Assembly (NCBI GenBank): GCA_028826165.1 | Contig: JAPDFW010000120.1 | Coordinates: forward strand, 1 to 64,000 | Source of the DNA: Anaeramoeba ignava BMAN | Lineage: Eukaryota > Protista > Anaeramoebae | DNA: 64,000 nt | Direction of reading: 5' to 3' | Part shown: one piece after another, positions 1-11,298 of the stretch | Layout: the number at the start of each line of letters is the position of its first letter | Position numbering within the stretch: position 1 is the stretch's first letter | Made by a program: the position numbers and the translations under genes | The notes under the pieces: generated by a model | Seen by the model: only the letters and a program-made list of their open reading frames with translations | Databases searched by the model: none | What the model was told of the DNA's origin: nothing

Positions 1-671
1 CATCAAAAACAAAATTACGTTCACCAAAAAGCAATAGCATCAACATAATCAACAGAAGAATCATTACAAACTTTTTCAAAGCAGAAATACCATGATCAAT
101 AGTATCAAACTTAGAATAACGAATTTTAACATAAGGATAATAATCAACCAACTCAAGTTTAACAAGAGTTAAAATAGCAAAAGAACCATGACTTCCAGAA
201 ATAGAATAAAATAAATCTGAATTATTATAAGGAGAAGTAATATTAACACAATCTCCATTTCCTAAAACACATTCCATTTCAATAACACTCCTATCAAATA
301 ACCCATATTTAAATGAAGAACTTTCTATTCCACTTCCTTGAATTATGTTCCTCCTACTGTGATTCCTTTAAATTCAGGAATCACTTTTGGAATCAAATTA
401 TAATATTTAGTGAATCTCACTATTTTTTCCATCGTCACTCTTGGTTCAACAATAATCGTTTTTTCTTTAATATCAATACTAATTATCTTGTCTAATTTGG
501 ATATATCAATTTTATTATGCTCTTCCCTTATATTTATCTTCTCTAGTAATGTGTGATTTTCCTTTTGATCTTCCAAGTACAATTTTTGAATTTGTTTTTT
601 CTTTTGTTTTTCTTCTTATTTTTTTTTGTATTTCTTTTATTTCTTTTTCATGTTTTTTTCGTTTTCATCAT
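1..671 (-). CDS. Delta(24)-sterol reductase (DHCR24)-like FAD-binding oxidoreductase, 5' part, several indels; runs off window start
   Basis: Joining frames gives HEKEIKEIQKKIR...IDISKLDKIISIDIKEKTIIVEPRVTMEKIV...PEFKGITVGGT/IQGSGIESSSFKYGYFD...DLFYSISGSHGSFAILT, the FAD_binding_4 signature of DHCR24-type enzymes. At least 5 small indels (near 650, 505, 345, 65, 30). Confidence 0.8.
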
Positions 672-1032
672 AAAAATCTTTATAAAAATTCATTTGGGTA
701 TAATTCGATTTATTAAGAATAATAAAATATCTTTAAAAATATTAATAAAACAATAAAAAAATAAATAAAAATAATTCTTTTAAAATCATTTATTAAAAAA
801 AAAGAAAAATGAATTTTTAACAATTTTTAAATTTTAAAAATTTGTTTTGTGAAAGAAAGAGGAGAAAAAAATTTAAAAGGAAAAAAAACAATAATTTGTT
901 TCCATTTTCTTATTTTCTTATTTAAAAAGAAATTTCCTCTATTTTGTTATTTTTGTTTTTTTTTAAAGTAATAAATCAGAATTCTAAATAAAAAAATAAA
1001 TAAAAATTAATTTAAATTTTTAATTTAAATAT

Positions 1033-4000
1033 TTAATTTGAATATTTTTTAAATACTTTAGTTTTATTTGAATTATTAAAATAGTTAGAAGAATTAACCA
1101 TATTGTTTCCAAATGAATTATTTCCAAACGCAATATCATCAAAAGCAGAAGTATTATTTGAAGTAAAATTTGAATTATTGTTTGCAAAAGAGGTATTATA
1201 ACCAGAATTGAAACCAGAATTAAAACCAGAATTACCACCAAAATTACCACCAAAGTTATTAGATTGATTCCCAAAGAGTTGTTGAATCCAAAACCTGAAT
1301 TGAAACCTTGATTTGAGTTTCCAAACCTGAATTAAAGCCCTCGAATTTTGAAAAACCAATATTTCCATTTCCAAATCCAATTCCTTGATTTAAGTTTTTT
1401 TCGTTTTTGTCTTTGATTTTTGACTGGTTTTTTTCTTGCTTCTTGTTACTCGATTTGCACTTTGTTGATTCATTATAGGTTGTGTTGTTGGGAACTTATT
1501 CGGTGAATCAAACATTGAGAGAATTAAATTTTTCTTTTGATTATTTTGTTGATTTACTCCAAAAGTTGGTTGTGTAGGTTCTAATAGAATTAATGAATCT
1601 GCATTGTTTTGCATTGAATTTTGTTGTGATTTAAGTTGTGATATATTTGGTTCTGATCTTCTTTGTGCTAATAAATACAATTTAAAATGAATTTTTTTAA
1701 TTTTCAAAATTTTAATTTCAAAATGAATTTTAATTTTAATTTTAATTTTAATTTTAATTTTAATTTTAATTTTAATTTTAATTTTAATTTTATAAATGAA
1801 TTTTAATTTTAATTTCAAACCATGATTCATTGATAAATCAGTAAATTCATTCTATTTTGTTTTTTTTTAAAAATTTAATTTTAAAATTAATTTTAATTTT
1901 CTTTTAAATTATATTTTTTTTACCATTAAATTAAATGTATTATTTGGTTGAGTACTATTTGATCTTTCTTGAGAATTATCTTTAAAATTTACCCTTTTAA
2001 ATTAATAAATATTTTTCAAAAATAAATTTAAAAAAAAAATAAATATAAACATAAATATAAAACAATATTAAAAATTTAATATTAAATCAAATTTTAAATA
2101 TAAATATAAATATAAATATAAATATAAAAATTACAAAGTTTCTTTTTGATTTTGAATTTTATCATTAGTTTCTTGATTTGAAACAGGTTTTTTAAGAACA
2201 ATTTTCTTTTTTGGTTTTTGAGATTTTTTTGAGTCTGAAACTTTAGAAGGAGATTTTCTTGTATGAATTTTCTTTTTAGGTCTATTTTTCTTTTTTTTTT
2301 GAATATAAAGTTTTCTTTCATATTTATCTCTAATAAATTTTTCCAAACTAAACATATCAGAAGAATTAGGTCTTTTAAACCCTGAAGGCAACTTTGCTTC
2401 CCAGTATTCATTTGCTTTCTCATTTCCTATGCTCTTTGCTGTATCGTATTGTTCACGTGTCCATGTATCTAATGTTACTGATCTTACTTGTGATATGTGT
2501 ACTCCCATCGCTCTATGTATTCCACTACAATTTATACATACAAATATCCCTAAATTAACACTCGCCCATCTTGGTCCTTTTATTTTTTTATTTCAATTTT
2601 AATTTTCATTTTAATTTTAATTTTATAAATGAATTTTAATTTTAATTTTATAAATGAATTTTTATTTTAATTTTAATTTTAATTTTAATTTTAATTTTAA
2701 TTTTAATTTTAATTTTAATTTTAATTTAAATTTTAATTTTAATTTTAATTTTAATTTTAATTTTAATTTTAATTTTAATTTTAATTTTAATTTTCATTTT
2801 TAATTTTAATTTTTAATTTTAATTTTGATTTTTAATTTTAATTTAAATTTTAATTTTATAAATGAATTTTGAATTTTAATAATTTTCATTTTAATTTTAA
2901 TTTTAATTTTAATTTTTAATTTTAATTTTAATTTTAATTTTAATTTTAATTTTAATTTTAATTTTAATTTTTAATTTTAATTTTTAATTTTAATTTTAAT
3001 TTTAATTTTAATTTTAATTTTAATTTTAATTTTAATTTTGTGTTAAATTAAATTGATTTATTTCATGTTTTGAATTAATTTTAATTTTAATTTAAACTTG
3101 ATTTTAATTTTAATTTTAATTTTAATTTAAATTTTAATTTTAATATTTTAATTTTAATTTTTAATTTTTAATTTTAATTTTAATTTAAATTTTAATTTTA
3201 AATTTTAATTTTAAATTTTAATTTTAATTTTAATTTTAATTTTAATTTTAATTTTTAATTTTAATTTTAATTTTAATTTTAATTTTTAATTTTAATTTTT
3301 AATTTTAATTTTAATTTTAATTTTTAATTTTAATTTTAATTTTAATTTTTAATTTTAATTTTAATTTTTAATTTTAATTTTAATTTTAATTTTAATTTTT
3401 AATTTTAATTTTAATTTTTAATTTTAATTTTAATTTTAATTTTAATTTTTAATTTTAATTTTAATTTTTAATTTTAATTTTAATTTTAATTTTAATTTTA
3501 ATTTTAATTTTAATTTTAATTTTAATTTTAATTTTAATTTTAATTTTAATTTTAATTTTTAATTTTAATTTTAATTTTTAATTTTTAATTTTAAATTTTA
3601 ATTTTAATTTTAATTTTAAATTTTAATTTTAATTTTAATTTTAAATTTTAATTTTAATATTAATTTAAATTTTAATATTAATTTTAATTTTAATTTTAAT
3701 TTTAATTTTAATTTTAATTTTAATTTTCAAAATGAATTTTTGTGTTGTTAAATTAAATTGATTTATTTCATGTTTTTGAATTAATTTTAAATTTAATTTT
3801 AAATAAATTAAACTTTTGATCAATTTATAAATTTAAATTTAAAATTTTTTAATTTTTTTTTGGTTTTTTATTGATTTGATGAAAAAAAAAATATTTATTA
3901 TTATTTCAAATTATTTTTTAATTTTGAAAATAAATTAAAAAACGTTTTATTTATTCAATTTAATTTCAATTTAATTTAATTACCAGGTGTTTTACAATCT

Positions 4001-4065
4001 GCACAATATCTGTTTTCAGGAAGTTTAAGAAGTGCTTCAAGTTCTTTACTATCTGGTTTACTCAT
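1033..4065 (-). CDS. ArfGAP (SMAP/AGD5-like) with low-complexity G/N/F C-terminus; at least 5 exons
   Basis: Exon 1 (4065-3984) MSKPDSKELEALLKLPENRYCADCKTP joins across intron 3983-2577 to GPRWASVNLGIFVCINCSGIHRAMGVHISQVRSVTLDTW (CxxC...CxxC zinc finger plus catalytic Arg). Further donors at 2134, 1923 and ~1820. The 3' end has indels, so the stop position is uncertain. Confidence 0.9.
2590..3730. repeat. (AAAATT)n microsatellite filling ArfGAP intron 1
   Basis: More than 1.1 kb of TTTTAA on the + strand inside the 1407-nt intron 2577-3983. Confidence 0.95.
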
Positions 4066-4175
4066 TATAAAAATTATTTTTAAAAAAAAAAATGAAAAAA
4101 AAAAATGAAAAAAATTTTAATTTAATTTTTTCTCATTTTAAAAATTAAAAAATTAAAAAAGAAATAATTTATTTT

Positions 4176-5274
4176 TTAATCTTTTTTAATCCAAAGTTTT
4201 TTAATTTCTAAATCTTTTTCTTCTTCTCTTTTCTTTAATAATTCATCAATTTTAATTTGAATTTCTTTAAAAGTAGATTCAACATTATTATTATTAGAAT
4301 CAATAACCTAAAAAAATAAATTAAAACAAATCAAAATTAAATTAAAAAAAAAGATGAAAAAAAAAGTGTCAAAAAAATTACTTTCCATAAATCATCTTTT
4401 AATTTATCAAATTGTTTTGAAACTTGAGATTGAAATGTTAATTTTTCATATCTTTCTTCTCCATAAGAACTTCTATTTTGTGCTTCTTTTGGATCTAAAT
4501 CTAAATAAATAACAACATCTGGTGAAATTAATCCAGAATCTGTTGATTTACACCATTCTAAATCTAATCCTTTTGCTGAAGAATATGCTACTCCAGAAAA
4601 TGCATATCTATCACAAACAATATTAATTCCACTTTCTAATTTATTTTGAAGAAGTTTACTAAATTTTGAAAAAACAAAATAATTTTAATTTTATATTTAT
4701 ATTTATATTTATATTTATATTTATATTTATATTTATAATTATATTTATATTTATATTTATATTTATATTTATATTTATATTTATATTTATATTTATATTT
4801 ATATTTATATTTATATTTATATTTATATTTATATTTATATTTATATTTATATTTATATTTATATTTATATTTATATTTATATTTATATTTATATTTATAT
4901 TTATATTTATATTTATATTTATATTTATATTTATTTTTATATTTATATTTATATTTATATTTATATTTATATTTATATTTATATTTATATTTATATTTAT
5001 AATTTGTGTATTTGATATTGAAATTAACTTTTTCCCATCTATCTGCTGAGAATAATAAATGAATTGCTTGATCACTTTTTTCACTTTGATTTTTTAAATA
5101 ATTATCAATTAATTTTCCAATATCTCCATTTCTATCTGGATATTTCCATTGTTCAATTTTTTCATTTTTTTTAATTAAATATTCATAAATTTTTTGGCAT
5201 TGTGTTGATTTTCCTGATCTATCAATTCCTTCAATAACAATAAATAATCCTCTTTTTTTCAATTTAATTTCCAT
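4176..5274 (-). CDS. DTYMK: Thymidylate (dTMP) kinase, 3 exons
   Basis: P-loop FIVIEGIDRSGKSTQ, YPDR, HLLFSADRWE, IVCDRYAFSGVAYSSAKG, YGEERYE. Introns 5028-4659 (ATAAAT repeat; phases differ by 2 nt, probable indel) and 4381-4308. Confidence 0.92.
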
Positions 5275-5376
5275 TTATTTTATTTTATTGAAAAATGAAA
5301 AAAATGAAAAAAATGAAAAAAAATTTAATTTTGTTTTTAATTTAAAAATCAATTTACAAATCTAAAATTAAAAAAT

Positions 5377-7023
5377 TTAAAAATTATCTTCTTTTAATTC
5401 TCTTTCTAAAATTAATTTGCATTTTTCTAATAATCTTCTTGATTTTCTTTTCATTTCATTTGCTAAATTAATAATTTTATCATTAGGATTATGAATAGAA
5501 TTATGAATAGAATTATGAATAGGATTTAAAGAAGATTTAGAAACTTGATTATAAGGATAAAGATTAGAAGAAAAAGGATCATAATATTGATTTATATTTT
5601 GATTTATATTTTGATTTTGATTTATATTTTGATTTATATTTTGATTTTGATTTTGATATTGATTTTGATTTTGATTTTGATTTTGATTTTGATTTTGATT
5701 TTGATTTTGATTTATATTTTGATTTTGATTTTATGATTTTGATTTTGATTTTGATTTTGATTTTGATTTTGATTTTGATTTTGATTTTGATTTTGATTTT
5801 GATTTTGATTTTGATTTTGATTTTTGATTTTGATTTTGATTTTGATTTTGATTTTGATTCATATTTTGATTTTGATTTATATTTTCATTTTGATTTATAT
5901 TTTCATTTTGATTTTGATTTTGATTTTGATTTATATTTTGATTTTGATTTTGATTTTTGATTTTGATTTTGATTTTGATTTTGATTTTGATTTTGATTTT
6001 GATTTTGATTTTGATTTTGATTTTGATTTTGATTTATATTTTGATTTTGATTTTGATTTATATTTTGATTTTGATTTTGATTTTGATTTTGATTTTGATT
6101 TTGATTTTGATTTTGATTTTGATTTTGATTTTGATTTTGATTTTGATTTTGATTTTGATTTTGATTTATATTTTGATTTATATTTTGATTTATATTTTGA
6201 TTTTGATTTTGATTTTGATTTTGATTTTTATATTGATTTATATTTTGATTTATATTTTGATATTGATTTTCATATCGATTTTCATATTGATTTTCATATC
6301 GATTTTGATATTGATTCATATTTTCATATCGATTTTCATATTGATTTGGTTTTTGAAATAGGTTTTGATACAAAGAATCAACTGATAAAGAAGATTGAGA
6401 CTTCAAAGAACCATCTTCAAGTGCAAACAAATAATCTCTATAAATTGTATCTGTAAAATTCATACTATCAGTTCTTGTAACTTCCATTGTTGACATACTT
6501 TTAATTGTATTTTCATTTTCATTCAAACTTTTCTTATAAAACGGATAAACTTCATAAAAAAAAGTTAAAGATCCAAATTCATTGTTTGGTTGATTCAAAT
6601 GAAAAATAGGGACTCTCATTCTTTTTGCTTTTTGGTTTTGAAAGCCTCTTATTATTAAATAAGAAATCCAACAAATTTCCTCCTCTCCAATATCCTATTT
6701 CTTCATCTTGCAAAGAACTTTTTTTAACTTCAATTTTTGCTTCTTTTATTAAGTTAATTTTCCTTATTAATTTTAATTCAAATGCTGATGTTTCTAACGC
6801 TTTCTTTTATTTTTTTGAATCCCAATTTGCGGGAAAATCAAGTTGAAAAATAACTTCATCATTTAAAAAATCAACTTCTTTTGATTCTTGTTTTGAACAT
6901 GTTTTTGCTGATGTTTGTCCAACATTTACTTCAAATTGTAATAAAGATGGAATTTTTGTTTTGAATGATTTTATATTTAATTGGAAAAATAAAATACTTA
7001 AAACAAACACAAGGATTATTCAT
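5377..7023 (-). CDS. Hypothetical protein: beta-rich, possibly C2-like N-terminal domain, long Q/N tract, short helical C-terminus; indels present
   Basis: ORFs 6807-7010 and 5903-6619 and the open frame between them (KKALETSAFELKLIRK...EEIGYWRGGNLLDFL...MRVPIFH...FGSLTFFYEVYP) join via homopolymer slips. Ends ...LANEMKRKSRRLLEKCKLILERELKEDNF* at 5377. Confidence 0.55.
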
Positions 7024-7112
7024 TATAATTTTATATTTTTTAAAAAATTTTAAAAAAAAATGAAAAATTTTAATTTCATTTTTTTTTTACTTTTTTATTC
7101 AAAAAATTTATA

Positions 7113-7529
7113 ATGGAAACTAAAAAAGATGAATTTAAAAAATATCTTGATAGAACTGGAGTAATTGATGCCTTAACAAAAGGTTTATAAAAATAATCAA
7201 AAATGAAATAAGAATTTAAACTGAAAATTTCTTTTAAATTTATTAATATTTTTTTAGCTTTGGTTTCACTTTATGAACAACCAGAAAAACCAGAAGAAGC
7301 AATTGAGTTTGTTTTATTCTTTTTAATTTAAAAACAAATTTTTGATTTAAGTTTATTTAAAATTCATTTCATTTTAAAAATAATTAGATATATTCAAAAA
7401 TATATGGGTGGATCAAATATAGAAAATATTCAAAAAGAAAAAACAGAATTATTAAAAAGAAATGAAGCACTTGAAAAAGAAGTTAAACAATTAAGAGAAA
7501 AATTAAAAAAATATGAATCAAAAAATTGA
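7113..7529 (+). CDS. MYCBP: c-Myc-binding protein (MYCBP/AMY-1) homologue, 3 exons; missed by ORF track
   Basis: Spliced product METKKDEFKKYLDRTGVIDALTKALVSLYEQPEKPEEAIEYIQKYMGG... plus coiled coil. Two short GT-AG introns. Confidence 0.9.
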
Positions 7530-7612
7530 AGAAAAAAAAAGAAATAAAATTTTAATTTCCTTTTTATTTTTCTTTCTTTTTTAAAATTAAAATCCAAATA
7601 AAAAAAATTTTT

Positions 7613-9595
7613 TTAATCTTTTTTATACCAAAATTTTTGATTAATTCTTTTAAATGTAATTAAATGATATTCTAATAAATTATTTGGACTTAATTCGAAA
7701 TGATCAATTAATTCTTCCAAATCATAAAAAATTTCAGAAAGATTTGAAAAATCAATTTTATCAGTATAAATAAATTTAATAAGATTTTCAATAGTTTTAT
7801 GATTTGATTTATCAAGTTTAATTTGAATTTCTTCTTTTTGATTAAATGAGGAAATGATTTCTCGAAATGATTTTGAACGAGCAAATAAAATTTCTTTATG
7901 AACTTTAATCTCTTCATTTTTTTCTGTTAAAATAACACAATTTGTTTCTTGATTTGAATATAATTTTTTTAAATCATGAACAATTCCTTTTCTATAACAT
8001 TTCTGATAAAAACATTTTTTATTTGGAATTCCTTCAATTAATTTTGATGCATTTCCAAATAAAATATCTGAATTATTAACATTTCCTGAATAAATCCATT
8101 CCAAAAAATCTTGAATATCTTCCGTTTCATTTTCTTTGAAAAAATTTTCAAATTGTTGAAATATAACATTTCTACTTCTTAAAATTGATTTATGAAGATG
8201 ATATTCATTTCCATTTTTATCCTTAATAAAAAAATCACTGATTATTTTTCCTTCATTTAATAAAAAATGGAGATCTTGATTAATTTGATTAAATCTTGGA
8301 ATTAACATTTTCATTTCTAAATTATCAATTTTGATTTGATCTAAAACTTTCTATAAAATTATAATTATAAAATTTAAATAAATTCAAATTAAAAATAAAA
8401 ATTTTTACTTGAATAAATTGATAATTGCAAAAATTAAGAAATAATTTTAAACGATCCAAATCATTTGAATTGAAAACAAGTGGAAAACAATCTAAAGTAA
8501 CATTAGCTCCATAAATTAATAATAATTTCAGAATTTCATTAATAGGATAATAATAAGAAGTGTATTTTAAACAATAAACTAAAGGAATTTCCGTTTTCTT
8601 TATAAAATATAAAAAATTTAATTTTGATATTATTATTATTTTGTTTAAAAATCAAATATTTTTTAATCTACATTTGGTAAATTAGGATCAGCTCCTTTTT
8701 CTAATAAAAATTCAATTAAATTAGGTTGAGGTTGATAAGATAATGATGTTAATAAAGCTGTATTCCCCTTAAAATTTTTGAAAATAATTTTTAAATTTAA
8801 TTTTCTTTTATTTTAATTTAATTTTTTACATTCTAAATTTTTGAAATTATTATTTAATAATAAAAATAATTAATTTTGATTTTTCTTTTACATCATCTTT
8901 TTCATTAATATCTACTCCTAATTTTAAGAAAATATCAATAACATTTTTAATATCAAAATTATAATCATAATAAATATTATAAATAAGAGGTGTTTTTCCC
9001 TAATAAAAAATTTAATAAAAAACTTTTCCAATTCCTTTTTTTTTTTAAATTTAAAAATTTTTTACAGATTGTTTCTTTTTTAAAATTTAAATTAAATTAA
9101 ATTAAATAAGTATTTTGTTTTTAGATATTTTTTTGAATATATTTCTAAAATGTACTTCTGATAAAGAATGTCCATTTTCAAGTAATAATTTTATTCCTTG
9201 AGTTGATACATTAAAAAATAAAGAAAAATTATCAAAAACAACTTGTGATTCTTCTTCAGAAATTGTTAAATTTCTATTATTCCATGTTCCAGTTGTTTCC
9301 CAATTAAAATTTCCATTTGCTTTTTTAATAACATATTTATATTGAATTTTAATTGAAGAAGGAAGAAAAACTTTAACTTTCCAAATTGGAAATCTTTTTT
9401 AAATTTTTTTTAATTTTAAATTTAAATTTTTTCTTAATTAAAAAAAAATATTTACAATTTTGAATTTGTTTTTAATTCCATTCCTTTTTCAGGTTTCCAA
9501 AAACCAAATTCTAAAATATTTCCTGTTATTAGAATTGAATCACCTGGATTTGTATATTTATAATGATAATAAAAAGTAACTTCAGTAAAATTCAT
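7613..9595 (-). CDS. CBM20 starch/glycogen-binding domain + ankyrin repeats + tandem BTB protein; 8 exons including 9-nt and 3-nt microexons
   Basis: CBM20: TNPGDSILITGNILEFGFWKPEKGMEL...LFPIWKVKVFLP...IQYKYVIK...NWE...NNR. Ankyrins: GKTPLIY, GVDINEKDDNGNTALL, LLEKGADPN. BTBs: YHLHKSILRSR...FLEWIYSG and IKVHKEILFARS...LIKFIYTD. Confidence 0.85.
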
Positions 9596-9671
9596 TTTTT
9601 AAAAAAAAGAAAAAAAATAAATTCAAAAAATATTTTTTTCATTTTTTTCATTTTTAAATTTTAAATTTTAA

Positions 9672-9938
9672 ATGAATTCTGAAAAAGAAAAATCACAAAA
9701 TCAAAATTTAATTGAAAAAGCTAAAACATTTTTAGGTAAATCAATTATGATTTCTTTAAAAGATCAAAGAAGAATTGCTGGAACTTTTGAATGTTTTGAT
9801 AAACAAGGAAATATTGTTGTTTCAAATGCAGCTGAAGAATCTAAAATGAAAAGTGGTGATTTTCTTCGTAGAAAAATTGGAAATGTTATTATTCCTTATG
9901 ATTTTATTGAAAATTGTTTTGCTCAAAAAAATTTATAA
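9672..9938 (+). CDS. NAA38: Sm/LSm-fold protein, probably NatC auxiliary subunit NAA38/Mak31
   Basis: Sm1 and Sm2 motifs ISLKDQRRIAGTFECFDKQGNIVV...RKIGNVIIP. The FxCxDKQGNI motif resembles Mak31-type proteins. Confidence 0.7.
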   Translation: MNSEKEKSQNQNLIEKAKTFLGKSIMISLKDQRRIAGTFECFDKQGNIVVSNAAEESKMKSGDFLRRKIGNVIIPYDFIENCFAQKNL

Positions 9939-9964
9939 ATCAATAAAACAATAAAACCATAAAA

Positions 9965-11281
9965 TGATTTTAATTTTTATATTTTGATTTTGATTTTAAT
10001 TTTGATTTTGATTTTGATTTTGATTTTGATTTTGATTTTGATTTTGATTTTGATTTTGATTTTGATTTATATTTTGATTTTAATTTTGATTTTGATTTTG
10101 ATTTATATTTTGATTTTGATTTTGATTTTAATTTTCAATTTGATTTTGATTTTGATTTTGATTTTGATTTTGATTTTGATTTTGATTTTGATTTTGATTT
10201 TGATTTTTGATTTTGATTTTGATTTTGATTTTGATTTTGATTTTGATTTTTATTTTGATTTTGATTTTTATTTTGATTTTGATTTTGATTTTGATTTTGA
10301 TTTTGATTTTGATTTTAATTTTAATTTTGATTTTATTTTTGATTTTGATTTTGATTTTGATTTTGATTTTGATTTTGATTTTGATTTTGATTTTGATTTT
10401 GATTTTGATTTTGATTTTGATTTTGATTTTGATTTTGATTTTGATTTTGATTTTTATTTTGATTTTGATTTTGATTTTGATTTTGATTTTGATTTTGAAT
10501 TTGATTTTGATTTTAAATTTGATTTTAATTTTATATTTTGATTTTGATTTTGATTTTGATTTTGATTTTGATTTTGATTTTGATATTGATATTGATTTTG
10601 ATTTAAATTTTGATTTTAATTTTTATTTTGATTTTGATTTTGATTTTGATTTTAATTTTTATATTTTGATTTTGATTTTGATTTTGATTTTGATTTTGAT
10701 TTTGATTTTGATTTATATTTTGATTTTGATTTTGATTTTGATTTTGATTTTGATTTTGATTTTTATATTTTGATTTTGATTTTGATTTAGATTTTAATTT
10801 TAATTTTGATTTTGATTTTGATTTTGATTTTGATTTTGATTTATATTTTGATTTTGATTTTGATTTTAATTTTGATTTTGATTTTGATTTTGATTTATAT
10901 TTTGATTTTAATTTTGATTTTGATTTTGATTTTGATTTTGATTTTGAATTTGATTTTGATTTTGATTTTGATTTTGATTTTGATTTTGATTTTGATTTTA
11001 ATTTTGATTTTGATTTTGATTTTAATTTTGATTTTAATTTTGATTTTGATTTTAATTTTAATTTTGATTTATATTTTGATTTTGATTTTGATTTTGATTT
11101 ATATTTTGATTTTAATTTTGAATTTGATTTTGATTTTGATTTTGATTTTAATTTTGATTTTGATTTTGATTTTGATATTGATTTTGATTTTGATATTGAT
11201 TTAAATTTTGATTTTGATTTTGATTTTGATTTTGATTTTGATTTTAATTTTAATTTTGATTTTGATTTTGATTTTGATTTG
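9965..11281. repeat. Intergenic (TTTTGA)n / (CAAAAT)n microsatellite between convergent genes
   Basis: About 1.3 kb of hexamer repeat with TTTTAA and TTTATA variants. Confidence 0.95.
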
Positions 11282-11298
11282 AAAAAAAAAGATTAAAA

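Noticed and set aside
6807-6809. In-frame TAA suggesting a TAA/TAG=Gln code as in some metamonads
   Set aside because: TAA ends conserved proteins at the expected place (ProRS ARAY, eIF3e, RasGEF) and long ORFs have no internal TAR. This site is explained by compensating A-run errors.
4659-11204. ORF-track proteins made of ILIL, FDFD, YKYK or ININ
   Set aside because: Stop-free translations of hexamer microsatellites in introns, intergenic DNA or the antisense of Q/N codons. The same applies at 23512-24522, 29044-30105, 37059-37606, 43088-45224 and 58877-60642.
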